DNA of 64,000 bases, from contig SLTJ01000021.1 in assembly GCA_004347685.1 (NCBI GenBank), forward strand, positions 3,157 to 67,156, written 5' to 3'. The notes beneath the pieces are model-generated. The model was not told the DNA's origin. It was given only the letters and a program-made list of their open reading frames with translations, and made no database searches. This document shows positions 16,023 through 25,372 of the stretch, one piece after another (within the stretch, counting starts at the first letter, position 1; every line of letters begins with the position of its first letter). A program made the translations under genes and the position numbers. This DNA comes from Clostridia bacterium. GTDB lineage: Bacteria > Bacillota > DSM-521 > Neomoorellales > SLTJ01.

Positions 16023-19000
16023 CTAACCTCTAACCTCCGCTGTTAGGGCCCGGCGCACCGCCTCTGGTATCAAGTCCCCTACCCGGCCGGTGGCCACGCT
16101 GACCGTGCTGTCGGCCGCACCATAGTAAACCAGGATTTCGTCCTCGTCGTCCAAGATGCTCTTGTCCCCCTTTGGCACGGCGCCGCAGGTAAAAACGACG
16201 TTCGGCACCCAGCACTTGCCTTCTGCGCCTACTTCATACTCACACTCCGGCTCCAGGACGGGATTGGGGGAACGGTAAAGCACCTTGCCCGGGTCGGCCA
16301 GATCCACCAGCAGTATCCCCAGGCGATAGGACAGGGCATAGTCCACGCCATGATAGATCAGGAGCCAGCCGTATCTCGTCTTCAGGGGCTGGGCCCCGGC
16401 ACCGATCTTCACCCCATCCCACATCATCCCCGACCTGGGCCCCATGACGATGCGGTGGCCTTCCCGGGACCAGGGGCATTTTATGGCCTCGGCAAAGGAA
16501 ATCCACATGCTGGGCGCCACCCGGTGGTACATGGCATACCTGCCAGCAAATTTTTCCGGAAAAAGAAAGGCATCCTTATTGGTTACCCCGGGAAAGGCCA
16601 GCCCCATCCGCTCCCACTTCTCCCAGCGATAAGCGAGAAAATCCTCCACGCGGATGCGGGCCATGGCGATCTGCGGCACCAGACCGTCATAGGCGGTATA
16701 CAGGATATATACCTGCCCCTCCATGACGGTGGCGCGGGGATCCTCACACCCCTTGGATTCAGCCGGGCCGGCCGGCACCAGCACCGGCTCAGGCAGCCGC
16801 TCGGCAACGTTATACCCGTCGTCACTTACGGCCAGGCCCAGGCGCGAGACCTCGTCGTCCCCCACGGCCCGGTAGAGGATATATACTCGCCCGTTCAGCC
16901 GCAGGGCCGCGCTGTTGAGCACGTACTTGTTCTCCCACCAGTGCCCCGGCACCGGTTCCAGAACGGGGTTGTTCTTGTACCTTTCCAGCCGGCCAGCCAG
17001 CGGCTCGCCTACCACCGGAGATTGCTCCAGCAGCAGGTCTTTGGCCTCCTTGTGGCCGAGGAGGATCTCAGCCAAGTCCTGGGACTCGGCCCCCATGCTT
17101 ATTAACTCCACAATCTTCTCCTCAACCTCGGCCGGGCTGATTCCGGCCGCCTGGCAGTAGGCCAGGAGAAACTCATGACTAAACCAGTCCCGCTCCACAT
17201 GCAGGGATAGGGGCGCGGGAACACTCTTGCCGCCCTTGAAACTGTAACTTGCCCAGGTCCAGGCCGAACAGGGGATAAACCGGCCGTCCGGCATGGTCAG
17301 AGCCAGGTGATAGCTGTCAGCCACCAGCCTGAGGTTGGCCAGGAACTCCTGCCACTCGGGCGGTCCGCTCTGGGCTTCCAGTTTCTCCAGCATCTGGCGC
17401 AGCCTAACCACGAGCAGGCGCTGGTGCCCGTTTTCAAAGATATTGTGGGCAGAGAACGGGCTGCGTCCCCAGTGCCCTTCGATGGAGTTACATATTTTCC
17501 CTCCGAACTCCCGCCGCTCGCGGGCAAACCGCTGCCAGATCTGGCTGAATCTCTCGCCTTCCACGAAGTTCTTGGCCAGGACGGTCAGATACCGCAACTT
17601 GGGGAATTCCCCGCCGGTATTCTTGCGCAGGTTGCTCACCACTACCCGCCCGGCCAGGCGGTCCAGGGCCGAGGTTTCCTTCATCTCCACCAGGGAAGGG
17701 AAATCTTCGTGGGCCACCACCAGCACCTTCAGGTCGGTGAGGGCGAAATGTTCCGGCCGGGCAAAATCCCGCAGCCATTCGGCAATGCGCTCCCCGAAGT
17801 CCCGCGCCTCCGACCACCCGGCTAGAGCCAGCACGTCCAGCGGGTCCCTCCCCGCGAGAAGGCTGGTTACATCCTGGCAATCCCACCGGGTCATCAAGTT
17901 TACCGGGGGATAATGGCGCAGAAGCCAGGTGGCCGCCTCAGGCTGCAGGGTCAAAACCTGGCCGTGGGGAATATGGCTGGCCACCGCCTCGGCCACCGCC
18001 CGCGTTCCTTCCACCGTACACAGGTCCCCAGGCAACAGGAGGTCCAAGCCGGCCTCGGTGCGGCGGAGGAAGTCCCGCACCGCCTGGGCTATCTCCTGGG
18101 AAGTAACTCCCCGGTGTACCCCCAGGCGCTCATAAATAAAGGCGTCGAATTCTGCCTTGTACCGCCGCAGCAGACCTTCGTAGATGGGCGCCACGCTCAC
18201 CGGATGCCCTTCGGGAGAGAGGGTTTCCTGGGGCAACACCAGGGGCACCCCTGGGACAAACTCCCAGTAGGCTACCTTAGGAATGAAGGACTCCACGGCC
18301 TGGCTTTCTTCGCGCCACCGGGCGAGAAACGCCGGCCGCTCCTTGCGGAAGACCTCAGCCTGATCCTCCACCATCCGCTCGGCCTGCAGGTCCAGCAGGG
18401 ATTCCACGTCGTCCGGGTTCAGCCTCTCCAGGTAGCTGCGGAAGGACGCCAGTTCCCGCTCAAAGCCGGCCACCCGGCCCTGGAACAGAGCCACCAGGGC
18501 GTTCAGCAGGTCCCCCCGTGCCAGATCATGGCTGAAGGCATAGGTTAGCAAGAAGGCGTAAACCGTCTTGGACCAGAGGTCGGGCGAAAAGTTAAATTCG
18601 CCGTACCCGGCGTTCGCCAGCTCGGCCAGCCGGCGGTAAACCTCCTCGGGTAGAATCCTCTCCAGAAGGGATTCGTGAAACCGGTTGTACCCCTGGCGGA
18701 AGCGGTTGACCAAAGCCTGGTAATTGATCTGCATCCAGGCGCCCACATCCGAATCCGCTTTATACCCGAACATGCTGACCAGGTACACCGACCCCGCCTT
18801 CTGGCGCCACCACTCCTGGTGCAGGATGATCTGGTCAAAGAGCACCTTGGCCACCTGGCGGAAAATGAACTCCTGTTTGCCGGGTGAGGACCGGTGCAGT
18901 TTTACCCCCAGGCTGGTCTCGCCGATACGGGCTTCCCGGACAATGGCCTTGGTGAGCAACCAGACGTCAATGCCGTAAGCGCCGACATCGCCGTGCCAGC

Positions 19001-19655
19001 TCGCCTGGTCGCCCAAGAACACTGGCAGCATCTGGTTGGCAATGGCGATTTCGCCCCCCAGGGGTTCCCGGATGCGCACATTATAAATGGCCGTTATCAA
19101 GGGGTAAACCAGGCTGTTGCTGGCGATGGCTTCCAGATAATGGCGGGTAAACCGGGGAAAGACCATATCTACTTGGCCGTTACGGACGGGTTCTAAAAGT
19201 AACTTGACCCATTCCCCGGTAAGGCCCAGGGTGCGGCCGTCCTTTTCAGCCGTCTCCAGGTCGGCTTCAAAGATGGCCACGTCCGCCTCCAGTTCCCGGG
19301 CTATCTCCATGATGGCCCGGATGCTCCACCCCTTGCCGTTTATGCTCGGGTGGTGAAAAGTAAAGGCCAGACGGGTCACCTTCGGATTGGGCCCCGGCAA
19401 TGCTTCCACGACCCTGAGAACCTCCTGGCCAACCGGGGATCCTGCCAGGACAATGACGGCAGACTGGTCAGGATAATAGGTAGCCAGCCCCTCCTGAACC
19501 GTCTCCACGACCCTGGTTATTGTATCCGCCTCATTATAAAAGGGAATGCCTACGACTATGTCTGCCTGGCCAATTCTCCTGGCCTGCTCCAGCGGGGCAG
19601 CCATACATTCGCGGTAAGCGCGCTCCAGTTCCCTGTCAACTTCCTCCCCTGACAT
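16023..19655 (-). CDS. Fusion: glucosylglycerate/mannosylglycerate-synthase-like glycosyltransferase + unknown middle domain + GH130 glycoside phosphorylase
   Basis: N-terminus: IVVGIPFYNE, GKG, EADL, RH...SN.LVYPL, REPLGGE, YGIDVW, KLH. C-terminus: NNPVL.P, VLNSAA, GCEDPR, NKD..LFPEK, YHR, KIGAG, YHG, PNVVF, YYGAADS. Start MSGEE after RBS GGGAGGG. Confidence 0.8.
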   Translation of the reverse strand: MSGEEVDRELERAYRECMAAPLEQARRIGQADIVVGIPFYNEADTITRVVETVQEGLATYYPDQSAVIVLAGSPVGQEVLRVVEALPGPNPKVTRLAFTFHHPSINGKGWSIRAIMEIARELEADVAIFEADLETAEKDGRTLGLTGEWVKLLLEPVRNGQVDMVFPRFTRHYLEAIASNSLVYPLITAIYNVRIREPLGGEIAIANQMLPVFLGDQASWHGDVGAYGIDVWLLTKAIVREARIGETSLGVKLHRSSPGKQEFIFRQVAKVLFDQIILHQEWWRQKAGSVYLVSMFGYKADSDVGAWMQINYQALVNRFRQGYNRFHESLLERILPEEVYRRLAELANAGYGEFNFSPDLWSKTVYAFLLTYAFSHDLARGDLLNALVALFQGRVAGFERELASFRSYLERLNPDDVESLLDLQAERMVEDQAEVFRKERPAFLARWREESQAVESFIPKVAYWEFVPGVPLVLPQETLSPEGHPVSVAPIYEGLLRRYKAEFDAFIYERLGVHRGVTSQEIAQAVRDFLRRTEAGLDLLLPGDLCTVEGTRAVAEAVASHIPHGQVLTLQPEAATWLLRHYPPVNLMTRWDCQDVTSLLAGRDPLDVLALAGWSEARDFGERIAEWLRDFARPEHFALTDLKVLVVAHEDFPSLVEMKETSALDRLAGRVVVSNLRKNTGGEFPKLRYLTVLAKNFVEGERFSQIWQRFARERREFGGKICNSIEGHWGRSPFSAHNIFENGHQRLLVVRLRQMLEKLEAQSGPPEWQEFLANLRLVADSYHLALTMPDGRFIPCSAWTWASYSFKGGKSVPAPLSLHVERDWFSHEFLLAYCQAAGISPAEVEEKIVELISMGAESQDLAEILLGHKEAKDLLLEQSPVVGEPLAGRLERYKNNPVLEPVPGHWWENKYVLNSAALRLNGRVYILYRAVGDDEVSRLGLAVSDDGYNVAERLPEPVLVPAGPAESKGCEDPRATVMEGQVYILYTAYDGLVPQIAMARIRVEDFLAYRWEKWERMGLAFPGVTNKDAFLFPEKFAGRYAMYHRVAPSMWISFAEAIKCPWSREGHRIVMGPRSGMMWDGVKIGAGAQPLKTRYGWLLIYHGVDYALSYRLGILLVDLADPGKVLYRSPNPVLEPECEYEVGAEGKCWVPNVVFTCGAVPKGDKSILDDEDEILVYYGAADSTVSVATGRVGDLIPEAVRRALTAEVRG

Positions 19656-19852
19656 ACTGCCCTCCCACTCCTCCGGCCGGCACCAGCGCCGCCATATAGC
19701 AAAATGCTCCCAACTGTACACATCATATGGCTGCCGGGCCGCAAAGGTACCTGTCAAAACGCCATTAAGCTTCTCTATGATAAACCAAAATCCTTGTCCA
19801 GTCTACACTGAAGCTCAAATTATGCGCTGTATAATAATAGCGATGATGGCAC

Positions 19853-19900
19853 AAAAAAGCCTGTAGCGGTAGGAGACGGCTCTCGTACCGCCCAGGCTTT
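19853..19900 (-). terminator. Rho-independent terminator after eam
   Basis: AGCCTGGGCGGTA...TACCGCTACAGGCT followed by TTTTT on the minus strand. Confidence 0.7.
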
Positions 19901-19986
19901 AGAACCAATACTCCCCCGGAAAATAGAGGTGGGAGGTGAGAGGAGGCTGGGTAGTTACTATTCGGACTTAAGGGCCTAGTATCTGC

Positions 19987-21267
19987 TTATTTCTGGCGGC
20001 GGCGTACGCCGTTGGGATAGGCCAAGACCCGCTTTTCCCAGGTGCGGATGACCACTTTACCAGAGTCACGTTCCAGCAGGTATTCTGGCAGGACCGGGAC
20101 CTTACCGTAACCGCGGGGGGCATTGATAATGTATGTGGGCACCGCCAGCCCGGAGGTATAACCGCGCAACTGCTCCATGATCTCCAGCCCCTCGTCCACC
20201 GAGGTGATAAAGTGCGCCGTCCCGCTCACCTGCTTGGCGTGGAAAATATAATACGGCCGGACGCGGATCTTCAACAGTTCCTGGTTCAGCTTCTTCATGA
20301 CAAAGGGATGACTGTTAACGCCCTTGAGCAGCACGGCCTGGTTGCCCAGCACCACGCCGGCCCTGGCCAGCATAGCCGTGGCCCGGGCCGCCGCGGGCGT
20401 GACCTCGCGGGGGTGGTTGAACTGGGTGTTCAGGTAGAGCGGGGGATGCGCCTCGAGTATGGCGCACAGTTCGGGGGTAATGCGCTGCGGCAGAGTTACC
20501 GGGACCCGCGTGCCGATCCGCTTGATCTCCACGTGAGGGATGGCGTCCAGTTCCCCCAGCAGCCAGTCAATCTGCCGGTCGGAAAGCATCAGAGCGTCAC
20601 CGCCGGTAAGGAGCACGTCGCGGATTTCGGGATTGGCCCGGATGTAGTCCAGGGCCGCTTCCAATTCCACCCGGGACTTATTCTTATCCACCTCGCCGAT
20701 ATTCCGGCGGCGCTGGCAATGGCGGCAGTACATGGCGCAGCGGTTGGTCACGTTGATTATCAGCCGGTCCGGGTATCTCCTGGTGATGCAGGGCGCCGGC
20801 GAGGTGAATTCTTCGGCCATGGGGTCACTTTCGCCCACCGAGGTGTCCAGTTCCAGGATGCTGGGCACAGCCTGGCGCCTGACCGGGCTTTCCGGGTCAT
20901 CCAGGTCAATGAGGCTGGCATAATAAGGAGAAATGGCCCAGCGGAACCTCTCCCCCACCCGGCGAATCTGTTCCTGCTCGATACGGGACAGATCGAGGAT
21001 CTCGGCCAGGACGCCGACTTCGGTAATGCGGTTGGCCATCTGCCACTTCCAGTTGGCCCAGTCCTCCTCACTGCCGCCAAGAACTCCCAGGATTCGCCTT
21101 CTGTTTCTCTCCGTGACCTCCTCCCGGTTGAAGCCAGTAGGGATATTTGGCTGCTCTTCCAGGTAATTGGCAATCCGCTCGCGTAACTGGCGACTGCGCC
21201 GCAGGGCTATCTGCCTTTTCTCCCCGTTGCTCAGAAACCCCCGCAGATCGCCCTCCCGGTTCAGCAT
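19987..21267 (-). CDS. eam: Glutamate 2,3-aminomutase (KamA-like radical SAM/PLP enzyme)
   Basis: CAMYCRHCQRRR, ITRRYPDR, DVLLTGGD and RPYYIFHAK. The N-terminal extension (KRQIALRRS.QLRERI..YL....IPTG....NRRRILGVLGG.EEDW) fits the EAM subfamily rather than KamA. RBS AGGAGG. Confidence 0.85.
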   Translation of the reverse strand: MLNREGDLRGFLSNGEKRQIALRRSRQLRERIANYLEEQPNIPTGFNREEVTERNRRRILGVLGGSEEDWANWKWQMANRITEVGVLAEILDLSRIEQEQIRRVGERFRWAISPYYASLIDLDDPESPVRRQAVPSILELDTSVGESDPMAEEFTSPAPCITRRYPDRLIINVTNRCAMYCRHCQRRRNIGEVDKNKSRVELEAALDYIRANPEIRDVLLTGGDALMLSDRQIDWLLGELDAIPHVEIKRIGTRVPVTLPQRITPELCAILEAHPPLYLNTQFNHPREVTPAAARATAMLARAGVVLGNQAVLLKGVNSHPFVMKKLNQELLKIRVRPYYIFHAKQVSGTAHFITSVDEGLEIMEQLRGYTSGLAVPTYIINAPRGYGKVPVLPEYLLERDSGKVVIRTWEKRVLAYPNGVRRRQK

Positions 21268-21330
21268 ATAAACCCCTCCTTTTCCCACGGTATGTACAGA
21301 TCCGCTGGAAAGGAGGTCGGACACAAAAAA

Positions 21331-21714
21331 CACCCCCTCTTTCCACGCCTACGGGGTTAGCTGACGGGTTCGGGTTGAAAGAGTAACCCTACCTGGAACA
21401 GAGGTCAGAGGCAGGAAGTTAGAGGCCGGAACCTCATAGGAAAAGGCTGTTCCGGTGCCGAAACCAAGAGCCGATCTTTAGCCATACCGCCGTCTGGCGA
21501 TCACGAAACCCGGGCTAGATCGTACCAGCCGGGCTGCGGACATATGTCTACGACCAGCCACCAGCCGGACCAGTCCGGCACTATCGGCCCCGGTAGCGAC
21601 CGGGACAACCGGCCCGGTCAATACCCTCGACTCTTACCTCTGTTTCAGGATTCACCCCAAAAAACGGGTCCCCCGCTTCTCCCTTTCCAGGGAGAACTAA
21701 GCGATCACGAGGAT
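21331..21714 (-). ncRNA. c-di-AMP (ydaO/yuaA) riboswitch with a large internal insertion
   Basis: 5' part GATCGCTTAG...GCGGGGGACCCGTTTTTTGGGGTGAATCC and 3' part AGGTAGGGTTACTCTTTCAACCCGAACCCGTCAGCTAACCCCGTAGGCGTGGAAAGAGG, then a T tract. The halves are separated by ~258 nt. Confidence 0.88.
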
Positions 21715-21724
21715 CTGTATCCTT

Positions 21725-21753
21725 ATTATACTACATTTAGGCCGCTTTGGCTA
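21725..21753 (-). promoter_or_regulatory. SigA promoter of the eam leader
   Basis: TAGCCA-17 nt-TATAAT just upstream of the aptamer. Confidence 0.65.
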
Positions 21754-21927
21754 CCATTATTTTTTCCAGGCAACCCAGCGTTGCCATCTAAGATGTGAGA
21801 TGAGATGTACGGTCCCCCCTGCCGCAACCTTTTCAGAAGATCACTGAAGAACCCTACCCGACCAGCCGAAACCAAACGCTGCGCGTGATTTCCTTACCAC
21901 TTGGCGAAAATGTTCGGACTTGAGGGC

Positions 21928-22920
21928 CTAAGCGTTCCTGGCCCTCTCCCAAGCCTGCTCCAGGGAGCGCCGCAGGAGTACCCCGGCCACCTGCCGCCGG
22001 TAGCCGGCGGGAACGTCCATGGCGCCGGCATAGGTGACGAAACCCATGGCCTTTACCGCTTCTCCGGCCACCTCGTCCAGGAGCCAGGTGGTTATTTCCC
22101 GGCCCTCTAACTGTTTTACCGGCAAGGGGGTGGGCGCCACTACGCTGCCGGAAACGGCAGCCGAGGCTTCCCGGCAGGTACGGCCGTCCTCGGCCAGGGA
22201 GATCACGGCCGCGACATTTACCAGGGCAAAGTCCAGGGTCTGGCGCCGGGCCAACTTGATGAAGGCGCTCCCTGTCCCGGCCGGGCAGGGTGGGAGAAGG
22301 ATGTGGGTCAATATCTCCCCGGGCTCGAGGGTGTGGGGGGCGGCCCCATCGGCCCGGTAGAGATCTTTTACCGCCAGGAGGCGGCTTCCGGAGGCAGACT
22401 GCACCTCAACCCGGGCTCCTATGGCCACCAGGGCCGGCACCAGGTCCGAACTGGCCGCAGCCCGGCACTGCCTCCCGGAGGGGAAAACATAGCACCTCTC
22501 GCCACCGCGCTTGAAACACTGCTCTTTCCCCCGCCACCATTCCCCGGACCGGTTGTAGTACCAGCAGCGGTTGTCAACAAGGAGATTGCCACCAACAGTA
22601 CCCATGTGGCGGAGTGTCCAGGCGGCCACCCGGGAGGCAGCCTGGGCCAGGGCCGGCCACGCGGTCAAACCTGTAACCTCATTCACGCTGACGGCGGCGC
22701 CAATCGCCGTGCTGCCGTCCTCCCTGGCCGATACCTGTTTTAGCCCGGCAATACCCTTAATATTCACCAGCAGGCCGGCGGCAATACCTCGCCTTTTCAT
22801 GGCCGGCAAAAGGTCTGTGCCGCCGGCCAGTACTCTGGCCTGGCCTGCGGCTTGCCCAAGGAGGTTTATTGCCTCTTCCAGGCTGGCCGGGCTGGCGCAC
22901 TCAAAAGGAGGCAATCTCAT
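21928..22920 (-). CDS. FAD-binding subunit of a xanthine-dehydrogenase-family enzyme with a [4Fe-4S] loop (HcrB-like)
   Basis: LAGGTDL, TVGGNL, CWYYNRSGEWWR...CFKRGG.RC......C four-Cys insert, SDLVPAL, DFALV. Confidence 0.88.
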   Translation of the reverse strand: MRLPPFECASPASLEEAINLLGQAAGQARVLAGGTDLLPAMKRRGIAAGLLVNIKGIAGLKQVSAREDGSTAIGAAVSVNEVTGLTAWPALAQAASRVAAWTLRHMGTVGGNLLVDNRCWYYNRSGEWWRGKEQCFKRGGERCYVFPSGRQCRAAASSDLVPALVAIGARVEVQSASGSRLLAVKDLYRADGAAPHTLEPGEILTHILLPPCPAGTGSAFIKLARRQTLDFALVNVAAVISLAEDGRTCREASAAVSGSVVAPTPLPVKQLEGREITTWLLDEVAGEAVKAMGFVTYAGAMDVPAGYRRQVAGVLLRRSLEQAWERARNA

Positions 22921-25181
22921 TGCCCATCACCGCCCTTGACTATTTGAAATGGAGTTATGGGCAGGTTTAGGAAGCGCCTGCCGGTGGCCTGGTAAAGGGC
23001 GTTGGCGATGGCCGGTGCCGTAGGCCCGACCGTGCCTTCGCCGCATTCCTTGGCCCCAAAGGGGCCGGCCGGGTCTTCCACCTCTAAGTGGACGCACTCT
23101 ACTTCTGGCATGTCGGCGGCCACGGGAATGGCGTAATCCACCAGTGCGGGGTTGAGGACCCGGCCCTGGCGTACCACCATCTCCTCGCTAAGGGCAAAAC
23201 CGAGGCCCATGTGTACCGACCCCTCCAGTTGCCCCTCCACGGCCATGGGGTTGATTACCCGGCCAGCGTCATGGGCACTCACTACGTTTACCACCTTCAC
23301 CTGCCCGGTCTCCTTATCTACTTCAACTTCCGCCACTTGGGCGCCAAAGGAGTAGGCTTCGTAGAATTTCTTATCGGGCGGATCGTATGTACCTTCCCCC
23401 ACCAGCGGTTTCCCCTGGTGCTTTTCCTGCCACCCGCGCGCGGCCTGGGCGAAGGAAATACGTTTGTCAGGCGCACTAGCGCAGGTGATCTCGCCACCGG
23501 CAATTTCCAAGCTTTCTTCCGGCACCTGCCACTCGTCCGCTATGAAGGCCAGGAGCTTTTCCTTTACCCTGGCGGCCGCTTCTTTGACGGCATTGCCGGC
23601 AAAAACCGTTTCCCGGCTGGAGTAGTTGCCCAGGTCGGCCGGGGTGATATCGGAGTCGGCGCGGACGTAACGGATGTCCTGAGGCCTGACCCCTAGTTCT
23701 TGGGCCGCGATCTGCACCATCACCGTATCTGACCCCTGGCCGGTGTCGGCGGCGCCACAGAGGAGGGTAACGCTGCCGTCTTCGTTTACCCGGGTGACGG
23801 CCGTGGTATAGGCCGGGATGTCCGGGCGGAGACGGAAGCCCTGGCCAGAGGGGAAGCCGGCGCAGCCGATGCCCACGCCCCGCCCCGGCGGCAGGGAGGC
23901 GCGCCTTGTGTACCAGCCGGATCTTTCCGCCGCCTTCCGTATGCATTCTTTTAGGCCGCAGGTACCTATCTTGAAACCAGCGGCCGTAACTTCCCCGTCT
24001 TCCAGGGCGTTGCGCAGGCGGATTTCCACCGGGTCAATCCCCAGGTCTTCAGCCAGCATATCCAGTTGTACGTCGCCGGCGAACTGCACCTGGGGGGCGC
24101 AGTGGCCGCGCATGGCGCTAGACACGGGGTTATTGGTGTACACCCGCAAGCCTTCGTAGTGGTAGGCGCCGTAACGGTAAGGCAGGCAGAGGAATAACCC
24201 TGCCAGGTAGATGCTGGCATGGCCCCAGCCGCTGTAAGCGCCGCCGTCGGCTATTACCCTGGCCTGGCGGGCCGTTATCTCCCCCTGCCGGTTCACCCCG
24301 GTTTTAAGGTAGATCTGCATGGGGTGGCGCCGCCGGGTACAGATAAATTCTTCTTCCCGGCTGTAGGCTATCCGCACCGGTCGCCCCGTTTTTTGGGCTA
24401 AAAGGGCCGCACACAGGTCCAGGGAGAAAACGCCGTCAGACTTGCCGCCAAACCCGCCGCCAACAAAGGGTAAGATCACCCGCACCTGGTTTTCGGGGAC
24501 TCCCAGCAGCCTTGCCAGGTCACTCTTGACCATGTACGGCACCTGGGTAGAGGTCCAGAGGGTGAAATACCCGGGAGGGTCGTATTTGGCCACGCAGGTA
24601 TGGGGCTCTAAAGGCACATGGGAATCCGAAGAGGTATTGAAAATGTCCTCGCGGATATGGTAGGCCTGGCGAAACCCAGCTTCGATGTCTCCGCCCTCCA
24701 GGACAATGCGCCGGCTGATGTTGCCGGGCATGTTCTCGTGTACCAGGGGAGCCCCGGGCTGCATGGCTTCCTCAGGGGTAAAAACCGCCGGTAGTTCCTC
24801 CCACTCCACCTTGATCTGTTCCAGGGCCGCACTGGCGGCGTCTTCGTCCACGGCGGCTACCGCGGCCACGGCATCGCCAATATACCGCACCTTATCCCTA
24901 GCCAGGGGCAAAAAGTCCAGGGACTTCTCTCTGAACCGCGTGGGACCGCATCCCAGCCCCAGGGTATCCTGACCGGTAACTGCGGCTTTCATCCCGGGGA
25001 CCCGCACGGCCGCGCTGGTATCAATGCGCCGGATGCGGGCATGGGGCAAGTAGCTCGTGAGGATCTTGCCGCACAGCATGCCCGGCAGGTTCAAATCGCC
25101 AGCATATACAGCTTCTCCCCTGGCCTTGGCCGGACCATCAAGGCGGGGCAGGCTGCGCCCAATCGCCTGTTGCTCCCCCAA
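22917..25181 (-). CDS. Molybdopterin-binding subunit, xanthine dehydrogenase family (HcrA-like)
   Basis: G.A.YAGD, PLEPH, STQVP, VGGGFGGK, AMRGH.APQ, GQGSDT, SSRET, EGQLEGS, GPFGAKECGEG. Confidence 0.92.
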   Translation of the reverse strand: MGEQQAIGRSLPRLDGPAKARGEAVYAGDLNLPGMLCGKILTSYLPHARIRRIDTSAAVRVPGMKAAVTGQDTLGLGCGPTRFREKSLDFLPLARDKVRYIGDAVAAVAAVDEDAASAALEQIKVEWEELPAVFTPEEAMQPGAPLVHENMPGNISRRIVLEGGDIEAGFRQAYHIREDIFNTSSDSHVPLEPHTCVAKYDPPGYFTLWTSTQVPYMVKSDLARLLGVPENQVRVILPFVGGGFGGKSDGVFSLDLCAALLAQKTGRPVRIAYSREEEFICTRRRHPMQIYLKTGVNRQGEITARQARVIADGGAYSGWGHASIYLAGLFLCLPYRYGAYHYEGLRVYTNNPVSSAMRGHCAPQVQFAGDVQLDMLAEDLGIDPVEIRLRNALEDGEVTAAGFKIGTCGLKECIRKAAERSGWYTRRASLPPGRGVGIGCAGFPSGQGFRLRPDIPAYTTAVTRVNEDGSVTLLCGAADTGQGSDTVMVQIAAQELGVRPQDIRYVRADSDITPADLGNYSSRETVFAGNAVKEAAARVKEKLLAFIADEWQVPEESLEIAGGEITCASAPDKRISFAQAARGWQEKHQGKPLVGEGTYDPPDKKFYEAYSFGAQVAEVEVDKETGQVKVVNVVSAHDAGRVINPMAVEGQLEGSVHMGLGFALSEEMVVRQGRVLNPALVDYAIPVAADMPEVECVHLEVEDPAGPFGAKECGEGTVGPTAPAIANALYQATGRRFLNLPITPFQIVKGGDGQ

Positions 25182-25372
25182 TCTAATCCCCTCCCGGTAA
25201 AAACGAATAAGAATGCTTCTCCATGAACTATTAACTTACGCCCTGTTCTTTTCCTCTAGGGGCAAAATCAAATCACCAGCGTACTGGCCTTCCCCGGAAG
25301 CCAACCGCATTCCGTAGGGCCGCGGCCGGCGCAATCCGACAGCCGTGAAATTAGCCATTTCCCTCGCCTCCC

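Noticed and set aside
19695-19760. AC-N17-CATATGAT sporulation (SigK-like) promoter upstream of the GT/GH130 fusion
   Set aside because: Too few informative bases to separate from chance without TSS data.
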